Shown: one piece after another, positions 39,275 to 47,181 of the stretch
How positions within the stretch are numbered: the stretch's first letter is position 1
How the letters are laid out: the number at the start of each line of letters is the position of its first letter
Origin: Bacteroidales bacterium
Lineage (GTDB): Bacteria; Bacteroidota; Bacteroidia; Bacteroidales; UBA1556
Length of the DNA: 64,000 bases
Assembly (NCBI GenBank): GCA_027064095.1
Contig: JAMOQI010000082.1
Coordinates: forward strand, 3,779-67,778
Direction of reading: 5' to 3'
The notes under the pieces: model-generated
What the model saw: only the letters and a program-made list of their open reading frames with translations
Database searches by the model: none
What the model was told of the DNA's origin: nothing
Translations under genes and position numbers: made by a program

Positions 39275-39856
39275 TTATTTTAGATTACGTGAAACTTGAG
39301 TTGTAAGAATAAAGAAATAAGCGTCATCACCAATTTCTTTAAAAGTATAACCTAATTTGTTACCCGATTTTCGAGCTATATCAATTAGGCCTAAACCGGC
39401 ACCTCCGCGGTCAGATATTTTGCCAATCTTCATCTGTTCTTTATGTAATTGCTTAAGTCCGGCTTTATCTAATTTATTTATTTTTATTAATAGCTCTTCC
39501 ATTATTTCTTTATCATCAGAATGAACAACATTACCAGCGATGATAAAATAGTCGGTAAGGGATTTGGCTATAAGAAAAGTACCTATACCTTTTAAGTCGT
39601 CTTTAATACCTTTAAGGTTTTGGGCATGTTTACTAATATTCTGAAGGCTTTCAACGATAATGTGAAATACTTTCATTTGCAATGCGTTAGGCTCGGCGTC
39701 TTTGGCCATATTCTCTTCAGTTAGAGCTGTAAATGCCTTTGTGATTTGATGAGTTACTTCTCCCTCGTAGATTAGATTTATTTGATTTATCTTCATATTA
39801 CGATAAAAATCAAAAACATAATCGTGAAAGATTTCATTCATGAGTTTTTTCTCCAT
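39275..39856 (-). CDS. SiaB-family small protein kinase (HATPase-like, anti-sigma-factor-type fold)
   Basis: N-box-like VESLQNISKHA and G-box GGAGLGLIDIARKSG in 193 aa, encoded between the PP2C gene and the DUF1987 gene. Confidence 0.75.
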   Translation of the reverse strand: MEKKLMNEIFHDYVFDFYRNMKINQINLIYEGEVTHQITKAFTALTEENMAKDAEPNALQMKVFHIIVESLQNISKHAQNLKGIKDDLKGIGTFLIAKSLTDYFIIAGNVVHSDDKEIMEELLIKINKLDKAGLKQLHKEQMKIGKISDRGGAGLGLIDIARKSGNKLGYTFKEIGDDAYFFILTTQVSRNLK

Positions 39857-39877
39857 GATTATTTTGTATTTAGTTGT

Positions 39878-42487
39878 TTATATTTCTATTCCTATTAACA
39901 ATATATCATCTATCTGACGATAATTTCCTTGCCATGTATTTAATCTATCGGCAAATATAGTATGCATTTCTTTTAAATTAACATTAGGATTATCATTAAT
40001 TATCTTTCTTACTTGTTTCTCTTGGAATTTCTCAAAACTATTTTCTTTAAATTGGTCTGCTAATCCGTCAGAGAAGATAAATATCCTATCATTCTTTTGT
40101 AAGTCTATTTCATGAAGAATGAAATCTTTAGCTTTCTTTTTAGGAGTTATACCACCAATTGCACGCCTATTACCTTTTATTTGAATAAGCTCGTTTCCTC
40201 TTTGAATATATAATGGTCGGTGTGCTCCGGCAAAGTATAGTTTCTTCATGTCTTTACTAAACTGGCAAAATGCGATATCCATACCATCTCTGGTATTTCT
40301 GCTTCCATTTTCTTGTTTAAGGGTACGTTTAACTTCTTTGTCGAAAATGCTAAGTATTTCTGCAGCTTTTGCTTTAGGATGAGAATTTACTATGTCATTT
40401 AAAAGGAAGTATCCAATAAAGCTTAATAATGCTCCAGGCACTCCATGGCCGGTACAATCTACCGCTGCCAGGTAAATGCCATTGTCATTTTGTTTAAACC
40501 AAGGGAAGTCGCCACTTACTACATCTCGAGCTTTGTAGAAAATAAATGAATTTCTGAAATACTTATTTAAGATATCATCTTTAGGAAGTATTGCAGTTTG
40601 AATCCTTTGAGCATAATTGATACTTTCTGTTAATTTAAGGTTTTTGTCTATAATTTCCTTTTCAATAGCTTTAATATCAGATATATCATGAGCAACAATC
40701 AATATAGATTCCAGTTCTTTTTCTTCGTTAAATTCAGGGATGCTACTAACTTTAAGATAGTGAGTTTTAGAATCTAATAAAATTTCGAATTCGGTTTCTT
40801 GTTTTTCTAATACTTTTATGGAAGAATTAATTCTTTCTTTAATAAATGATCTAAATTCATCAGAAATATTAATTTCATTAATGTTTAAACCTTGTAATTC
40901 ATCTGGTTTATAAGGTAAATATTCTTCTACTTTTGGGTTTGCATAATGGAATTTTCCTTTTCTGCCAAAACGCATTATTAAATCAGGACTATTCTCTGAT
41001 AATGCTTGCATCTGACTCTTAAGACGTCTGTCTTTTTCAGCAATCATTTGCAATGTGATATCTCTGGTGTTGAATATCAAACCTTCAATTGCTGGATTGT
41101 CAAGCATATTTTTACCAGTTGTTTCCATCCAAATTTCACTACCATTGCTTGTATAATGCTTAAATTTATAGTTTACCTTTTCATTAGGGTATTTATGTAG
41201 TTTGATAAAGTTTTCTTTCACAAGAGTGATAAACTCATTTGGAATTCTATCAGTTGCCCGCATCCCAATAACTTCTTCAGGAATATAACCAAGAATTTTT
41301 TCTGCAGAAGGACTTTCATATTTGATTTTTCCTTTTGCATCAAATATTGTAATAATTTCTGAAGCATTTTCTAATAAAGAATGTAGTCGAGTTTTTGCTG
41401 ACTCCACTTCTTGAATTTGTTTTTCTAATTCATTATTACTTCTTTCAAGCTCTTCATGAGTCATTCGCATTTCTTCTGCATTTTGCTGCAACTCTTCTTC
41501 GTTTTCTTTTAATTCTTCTGTAAGAATTTGAGCCTCATGAAGCAATTTTTCAGTGTTAAGATTCATTTGTACGCTGAATAATACTTGTCCAATTATAGGT
41601 CCAAGTTCTTCCATTAATAAAATTACCTTTTGAGGTATATAATCTTGGATATCAGCTATTTCTATTATGCCTTGCACTTTTGTTTCGCTTATTAACGGCA
41701 TAATAAACAAACTACCGGGTTTTTTGTCGGTGATAATTCCGGAAGTAATACTAACAAATTCTTCCGGTATTTCTGTTCTGTAAATACTTAAGCGTTCGTA
41801 GGCAGCTTGTCCTATTAATCCTTCACCAACTTTAAAAGACTGATGAATAAATTTCTTACGTTTATATGCATATGCTGCTGTTAAATTAAAATTTTCATTT
41901 TCTTCATTATAAATATAGAATCTACCTTGTGTGATATCACAATAATCAAGGATTTTCTTTATAACATTATAGGATAAATCGTTTAGGTTGTTGTATTTTC
42001 TTAATTCTTTTGATATTAATTCTTTACCCTCATTAATCCAAATATTTGTTGACTCTTTTTCTCTGTTTTTTACCAAATTATTACGCATCATTATCAATGA
42101 GCGTGTGAGTAGATCGTCTTTATTCAGATTTCCAAAATTACTATTCTCAAAATCACCTTCCCCTATGCTTTTAGCAAATAAAGCATTGTTTGTTATGATA
42201 TTATTTTTTTGTTCAAGTTTATATTCATAATGATTTTTCTTCATTAAAAATACTGTTCCAAAATAATATGCTATCCCTCCAAATATTATAGGGATAAACC
42301 AAGTAATAATAATTGATGGATAGTTCTCATGAATATATATAAATTTATTTGTACCCTCAGGTACATTACCAGTACTACTATTGACAAGAAATAAAATATA
42401 TGTTGAGAAAAGTAAACCAATTATTACTCCACCAGCGAGGAGTTGTTTTAAGAGTATGGTTTCGTTTTTTGAATATTTGTTTTTCAT
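39878..42487 (-). CDS. membrane receptor-type PP2C (SpoIIE-family) phosphatase, SiaA-like: 2 TM, HAMP-like linker, GAF, coiled coil, 2 PAS, PP2C
   Basis: TM helices at aa ~20-35 and ~57-82; GAF with GEGLIGQAAY..ITSGI; Glu/Gln-rich coiled coil at aa ~311-370; PAS-like IIFDAKGKIKYESPSAEKILGY and LIMRFGRKGKFHYANP; PP2C motifs VSGDF, AAVDCTGHGVPGA, FSDGLADQ and DDILLIGIEI. Confidence 0.85.
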   Translation of the reverse strand: MKNKYSKNETILLKQLLAGGVIIGLLFSTYILFLVNSSTGNVPEGTNKFIYIHENYPSIIITWFIPIIFGGIAYYFGTVFLMKKNHYEYKLEQKNNIITNNALFAKSIGEGDFENSNFGNLNKDDLLTRSLIMMRNNLVKNREKESTNIWINEGKELISKELRKYNNLNDLSYNVIKKILDYCDITQGRFYIYNEENENFNLTAAYAYKRKKFIHQSFKVGEGLIGQAAYERLSIYRTEIPEEFVSITSGIITDKKPGSLFIMPLISETKVQGIIEIADIQDYIPQKVILLMEELGPIIGQVLFSVQMNLNTEKLLHEAQILTEELKENEEELQQNAEEMRMTHEELERSNNELEKQIQEVESAKTRLHSLLENASEIITIFDAKGKIKYESPSAEKILGYIPEEVIGMRATDRIPNEFITLVKENFIKLHKYPNEKVNYKFKHYTSNGSEIWMETTGKNMLDNPAIEGLIFNTRDITLQMIAEKDRRLKSQMQALSENSPDLIMRFGRKGKFHYANPKVEEYLPYKPDELQGLNINEINISDEFRSFIKERINSSIKVLEKQETEFEILLDSKTHYLKVSSIPEFNEEKELESILIVAHDISDIKAIEKEIIDKNLKLTESINYAQRIQTAILPKDDILNKYFRNSFIFYKARDVVSGDFPWFKQNDNGIYLAAVDCTGHGVPGALLSFIGYFLLNDIVNSHPKAKAAEILSIFDKEVKRTLKQENGSRNTRDGMDIAFCQFSKDMKKLYFAGAHRPLYIQRGNELIQIKGNRRAIGGITPKKKAKDFILHEIDLQKNDRIFIFSDGLADQFKENSFEKFQEKQVRKIINDNPNVNLKEMHTIFADRLNTWQGNYRQIDDILLIGIEI

Positions 42488-42498
42488 ATCTTAATTTT

Positions 42499-43251
42499 TC
42501 AAGATTTTAAGATTTTAGAATAGTCATTAGCAAAGTTTTGTAATAGTTCAAAACAATTATTATTATTTGATTTCATATCTGCAAATTCCATAACAATTGT
42601 TGTTTTATCGTTTACCACTATAGGGATAATATAAATATTTTTAGGAAGAATATCTCCACTACCCGAAGTTATTCTTAAATAATTATCAGGGATATTTTTA
42701 ATAATTGTAGCTTTTTTATCCAAAGCTACTTGTCCATGAAGTCCATCTCCTAATTGAAATGAGGGAGGCTTAGTATCAGAGTACAGAGCATAATTTACCC
42801 AATTCTCAAACTCATTTTCATCGTTTAGTTTGAAACTTACAGCTAAATCAAATTCTAAGTTTCTACATATTGTGGAGATACATTTTTCAACAAACTCATC
42901 ACTTTCAAAATCTATCTTTTTGTCAGAAAATAATGATTTAGTATTTAATGAATATTCTTTAATATCCTTAGTTTTATTTTCAGTTTTTAGTTCAGCGTTA
43001 TTAAGGTTATCATTTTTATCAGCTTTTGTAGCTGTTGTTGTAAGTATAAGTCTCCAGTTTATAAAAAAGCTTCCTGTTGATAATATAATAATGGACCATA
43101 CAAATAAATGAAATTCACCGCTATATTTTTCAATTTTATAACTGGAAAAATAATTATCCATTCTAAAATATGCCATTATTACTAAAGCAATAATTGCAAT
43201 TAGAATGACAGTATTTGTAATTCTCAATATTTGTAAGTTTTTGTATTTCAT
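42499..43251 (-). CDS. 2-TM membrane protein with a cytoplasmic GAF-like domain (paralogous to the GAF of the PP2C protein)
   Basis: GDGLHGQVALDKKATIIKNIPDNYLRITSGSG parallels GEGLIGQAAYERLSIYRTEIPEEFVSITSGI in the next gene. ATGA overlap with cheB. Confidence 0.65.
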   Translation of the reverse strand: MKYKNLQILRITNTVILIAIIALVIMAYFRMDNYFSSYKIEKYSGEFHLFVWSIIILSTGSFFINWRLILTTTATKADKNDNLNNAELKTENKTKDIKEYSLNTKSLFSDKKIDFESDEFVEKCISTICRNLEFDLAVSFKLNDENEFENWVNYALYSDTKPPSFQLGDGLHGQVALDKKATIIKNIPDNYLRITSGSGDILPKNIYIIPIVVNDKTTIVMEFADMKSNNNNCFELLQNFANDYSKILKS

Positions 43252-43823
43252 TTTCTTGGTAGTTTAAGGATATAGTTTGTTATTTGTTCTGGTGAAAAAA
43301 TATGGTCTATTTTAGTAAGCTGCTTTGCAGCCTGTGGCATTGTTCGAGCTTGAGATAAAGCGGGGTCTTGAATAATTGTTGTTCCTCCATTAATATTAAC
43401 AGACTTCATTCCTAAAGCGCCATCTTTATTAGCTCCTGAAAGAAGTATACCAAGCATTTTACTTCTAAAAATACGTGCTGCCGTATTAAAAGTTATGTCT
43501 ATTGCCGGTCTAGAGTGGTTTACATTGTCATAGGTTGAAAGACTAAAATGATTTCCCAATTCAACCATAAGATGATAATTTGCCGGAGCAAGATAAATAC
43601 TGCCACTACTTATGTGCATTTTATCATATGGTTCAACAATTGGTAAATTACTTTTTAATTCTAAGGCTTCAATAAAGCCACTTCTAACATGCTTAAGCCT
43701 ATGTAAACATAAAATAATTGGTAAAGGAAAATCTTTTGGAATTTGTGATATCAATTTGATAACCACTCTGAAACTTCCTGCAGATCCACCAATTACAATA
43801 TATTTAATGTTTTTTTCTATCAT
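43248..43823 (-). CDS. cheB: protein-glutamate methylesterase catalytic domain only (CheB without a receiver domain)
   Basis: The catalytic-triad contexts are conserved: IGGSAGS (Ser), ILCLHR (His) and LSGANKDGALGM (Asp). The 191-aa protein has no REC domain. Confidence 0.85.
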   Translation of the reverse strand: MIEKNIKYIVIGGSAGSFRVVIKLISQIPKDFPLPIILCLHRLKHVRSGFIEALELKSNLPIVEPYDKMHISSGSIYLAPANYHLMVELGNHFSLSTYDNVNHSRPAIDITFNTAARIFRSKMLGILLSGANKDGALGMKSVNINGGTTIIQDPALSQARTMPQAAKQLTKIDHIFSPEQITNYILKLPRK

Positions 43824-44644
43824 TAAAAATGTCTTTTATAAAATTTCTCTTCTTCGTTATAAACTTTAAACTTTTTGTCGATGTCAAAAATGGCAATATT
43901 TTCTTTAATACCTGTAATAAGAAAACCTCCTCCTTCCATTTTTTTATGGAATAGATTAATTATTTTTTGTTCTCTTACATGTGTATAACTAATAAATTTG
44001 TTTCGGAAAAGGATAAGATTTGGATTAAAAGGAAGGTTAATATCTTCCATGCTATTCTTGTAAATAAAAGTGTTTTTAATTAATTCTTTCTTGATAAAGA
44101 TACTTTGATCTATTCTTTCAATATAATTATTGAGATCGTCTGATTCGTCAATTCGTTTAATATTATTTTCAGAATTTGAAATTATTGTTGAGCTAATTAT
44201 ACCTTTTCGGCAAAGTTCCAAATTGCTCTGACTCATATCGCTGATGATAATTTTACTCTTGTTTATTAATTTATATTTATGCAAATAAATCAAGAGGCTA
44301 AAGTATTCACTTCCCTGACTAACTTCCGGAATCCATATTCTCAATGGCTTTTTTACTAGTATTTTATCTAAGATGTCCTTTTTTAGCAATCGCCACATAG
44401 CAGGGTCTCTAAATAAGCTTATATGTTCACAATAAATACATGATAATAATTTGTCGAATAGTCTTTTGTCATTTTTTATAGCGTTGATAAATGAGCTGAC
44501 TGTAGCATATTTGCTATATCTCATTACAGCAGATATATTTCTATTCATGGCTCCCATAGAATACTGACTTAAGTCAATATTATGGGTGCTTTTTATAGCA
44601 GAAATAATGTCTTTATAATTTATAATGCTTAATGTCGTGTCCAT
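43823..44644 (-). CDS. CheR-like methyltransferase paralogue with a degenerate SAM-binding motif
   Basis: Retains SLFRDPAMW but has IWIPEVSQGSEYFSL where IWSAGCSTGEE is expected, and LILFRNKFISY where CRNVLIYF is expected. The ATG at 44644 is preferred over the TTG at 44689. TAATG overlap with cheB. Confidence 0.7.
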   Translation of the reverse strand: MDTTLSIINYKDIISAIKSTHNIDLSQYSMGAMNRNISAVMRYSKYATVSSFINAIKNDKRLFDKLLSCIYCEHISLFRDPAMWRLLKKDILDKILVKKPLRIWIPEVSQGSEYFSLLIYLHKYKLINKSKIIISDMSQSNLELCRKGIISSTIISNSENNIKRIDESDDLNNYIERIDQSIFIKKELIKNTFIYKNSMEDINLPFNPNLILFRNKFISYTHVREQKIINLFHKKMEGGGFLITGIKENIAIFDIDKKFKVYNEEEKFYKRHF

Positions 44645-44740
44645 ATGCAAATAAGTCAAAAGATGACCTAAATTAAGAATAGCCGTCAAAAATGAAATTC
44701 CTTGTACGCAATAATAGGGGTAAAAGGTTTCATGAAAATG

Positions 44741-45577
44741 TTATTGTTTTAAAAACAATTTGCCTCTTTTCTTAAATTTAGATAGATTTGGGCCTAAAAT
44801 GCTTTCGTGAACACCTAAGAGGAGGTAAGAATCCGGATGTAAATTATTGTAAAAACTTTCTATAATTCTGGATTGTAACTTTTGATTATGATAAATGAGA
44901 ACATTTCTGCATGATATAAGATCTAAATTGGCAAAGTCTAAATAAGGTTTTTTAACTAAGTCATTTTGAAAGAAAATAATCTTTTTCTTAAGAAAATCAT
45001 GCATTGTAATTGTATCTCTGGATTTGTCAATTTTGAAATACTTTTTATAATCGATATTTGTATCTTCGTCATAATTTAAAGGGTTATTTCTAATAACCTT
45101 ATTAAAATTGCTGATATAATCTAAATTGTTACGGTATCGATATTCTCCTTTTTTTGCAATATTTAGTACTTTGGTATTAATATCACTGGCAAAAATTCTA
45201 ACTTTGTCTTCCAACCCTAATACATGCAATAATATAGCCATTGAGTATGCCTCTTGGCCAGTAGAACATCCGGAAATCCAGATGTTTATTGTTTTTCTTT
45301 TTCGAAGAATTGTAAAAGTATTAGTTCTTAAGAATAGCCACACTTCAGGATCTCGAAATAATTCTGTTGTATTGACGGTAATCTCTTCCATCATATTATC
45401 AGCGAAACTTTTACTTGTTGTAATAGATTGTTTTAATTGTTCAAAACTTAAATTCTGATTTATCATCAATCTATTAATACGCCTTAGTAAAGACCCTTCT
45501 GCATAATCTGTAAAATCAAATGAAGTATATTGCTTAATAGTAAATTTTATATCTTCAAATTCATCTTTTGAGAGCAT
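44741..45577 (-). CDS. cheR: protein-glutamate O-methyltransferase CheR
   Basis: TELFRDPEVW, IWISGCSTGQEAYSMAILL, IFASDIN and SCRNVLIYHN, so all signature motifs are intact. Confidence 0.9.
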   Translation of the reverse strand: MLSKDEFEDIKFTIKQYTSFDFTDYAEGSLLRRINRLMINQNLSFEQLKQSITTSKSFADNMMEEITVNTTELFRDPEVWLFLRTNTFTILRKRKTINIWISGCSTGQEAYSMAILLHVLGLEDKVRIFASDINTKVLNIAKKGEYRYRNNLDYISNFNKVIRNNPLNYDEDTNIDYKKYFKIDKSRDTITMHDFLKKKIIFFQNDLVKKPYLDFANLDLISCRNVLIYHNQKLQSRIIESFYNNLHPDSYLLLGVHESILGPNLSKFKKRGKLFLKQ

Positions 45578-45605
45578 GGCTATGATTTAGCATATAATTA
45601 AGTTG

Positions 45606-45613
45606 CAAATATA
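45606..45613 (-). promoter_or_regulatory. candidate -7 box (TATATTTG on the minus strand) for the cheR-led operon
   Basis: The plus strand reads caaatata, 28 nt upstream of the cheR ATG at 45577. Confidence 0.35.
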
Positions 45614-45920
45614 ATTAATGTGATAACATAAATGACATATTTTTCCTTTTTCTATTCATTTGCATATATCTTTAAAAATGCTATGGAATAATTTTATTCA
45701 CTAGTTGCACTAATTTTTTGCATAAATAAAAAATATTTCTTTGTTGAGTAAGTTTTATTAAAAAAATATAGAGTTGTTTTTTTAAAATATTTATAAGATA
45801 AGTCAGTTTTATATTTGAGATTAGTTATGATGAAAATTATAAAATCCTTATAATCAATACTAAAAATGTTATTTGTAAAACAACAATGAATAAATATTTT
45901 TTATGAAGTGGTAAAATATT

Positions 45921-45928
45921 TATTTTTG
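45921..45928 (+). promoter_or_regulatory. candidate -7 box TATTTTTG for CDS 45980..46879
   Basis: TAnnTTTG match ending 51 nt upstream of the ATG. Confidence 0.25.
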
Positions 45929-45979
45929 TTATTTTAATAACATAAATATTAATATTGTTTAAACCAAAATTTTTTAGAT

Positions 45980-46879
45980 ATGAAAAACTTAGTAATCATA
46001 ATGATAACTCTTTTCTTAGGGTTAAATTTAAATGCACAAAAAATAAAACCTTATGTTTTAGGAGCTATAAGTAATAAAACTATGGCAGCAACAAAAGCTA
46101 TGGTAAAAACAAACCTTCAATCCTCAGGTTTAAAGGTTATTGGTGAATATATGCCGGCAAAAGATTCCAGGCGTTGGATAATGGCGGTTACAAGTTCAGA
46201 TTTAGCTTCTGCTGTTAAGAGAGAAGGTGGCTTAAGAGGTTTTGCAGCAGTATTGCGTGTGGCAATTACAAAGGAGGGTTCAAATGTGAATATTACTTAT
46301 ACTAATCCTTTTTATTGGGGTAATGCGTATTTTCAAGAGGATTTCCCAAAAGTAGAGGCAAACTATAAAGCGTTTAATGATAAACTAATAGTTGCAATGA
46401 AAAAATCTGGTACATATATAGGAACTTACTTTGGCTCAGAAAAAGGTGTTGATATTGATGATGTTAGAGAATATCAATATATGTTTGGTATGCCTGAATT
46501 CGATGATATAGTTACTTTGGGAGAATATTCTTCTTTCGATGCAGCAAAGAGTAGGTTAGATGCAAATATTAAAGCTGGAATATCAGGATTAAAACTGGTT
46601 TATGCTTATGAAATTCCCGGTACAAAATTAAAACTTTATGGATTTGCAATTAATGGAATCAACGGGGAGTCTTCATTTTTACCTATCATTGATTTAGGAA
46701 CTCCCAAACAGACAGCATTTTTGCCTTATGAAGTTTTAGTGAATGATAAAGAAGTTGTGATGCTACATGGTAGATATAGAATTGCGTTGGCATTTCCTGA
46801 TTTATCTATGGGGACATTCTCTAAAATTATGTCAACACCTGGTGATATTGAAGAAGCTTTGAAGAAGCTTTGTAAATAG
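45980..46879 (+). CDS. hypothetical secreted protein
   Basis: Signal peptide MKNLVIIMITLFLGLNLNAQ. No motif recognised with confidence (possibly DUF302-like). Confidence 0.5.
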   Translation: MKNLVIIMITLFLGLNLNAQKIKPYVLGAISNKTMAATKAMVKTNLQSSGLKVIGEYMPAKDSRRWIMAVTSSDLASAVKREGGLRGFAAVLRVAITKEGSNVNITYTNPFYWGNAYFQEDFPKVEANYKAFNDKLIVAMKKSGTYIGTYFGSEKGVDIDDVREYQYMFGMPEFDDIVTLGEYSSFDAAKSRLDANIKAGISGLKLVYAYEIPGTKLKLYGFAINGINGESSFLPIIDLGTPKQTAFLPYEVLVNDKEVVMLHGRYRIALAFPDLSMGTFSKIMSTPGDIEEALKKLCK

Positions 46880-47101
46880 CAGATAGTCTAGTTTACATAA
46901 TATTTTTTTCTTATTATAAAGTCAATGGCATTCCAGACTTGTTATCAGAAATCACGAAATTTATTGCGTATTAGTATGAGGGATTTTTAGTGCAGAGATG
47001 GGATGCTTTTTTTTGTCCATAAATTTGACTCACCTATGAAATTATTTATCTGAAACTGTGAGCAAAGCTTATGTCAGGCGTAGGCTAGTAATATCATTTT
47101 G

Positions 47102-47145
47102 AAAAAAAACAGGTCGTTTGCAATTTACTAAGCGAACTGTTTTTA
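47102..47145. terminator. bidirectional terminator between convergent genes
   Basis: Imperfect stem acaggtcg / cgaactgt, flanked by an A-run (47102-47109) and a T-run (47140-47145). Confidence 0.5.
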
Positions 47146-47181
47146 AATAGAGAAATTAATACGTAAGTGATGGTGAATCTA

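Noticed and set aside
41378-41557. Calling the PP2C coiled coil a bona fide MCP methylation helix
   Set aside because: The EE and QQ pairs are not flanked by the small residues required by the classical MCP methylation consensus. No MCP signalling hairpin (highly conserved domain) is present. It is kept only as a hypothesis for a non-canonical substrate.
45126-45458. Plus-strand 110-aa ORF inside cheR. The same reasoning covers 43612..43869, 42830..43111, 41988..42230 and 41006..41200 inside other operon genes
   Set aside because: All are antisense to ORFs with clear family motifs and are treated as spurious.
45578-45979. Four TTGCA-containing words in the 402-nt divergent region upstream of cheR, considered as regulator sites
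   Set aside because: The spacing is irregular and the words differ outside the pentamer. In such AT-rich DNA, and given the TTTG-rich promoter consensus, this is likely chance.
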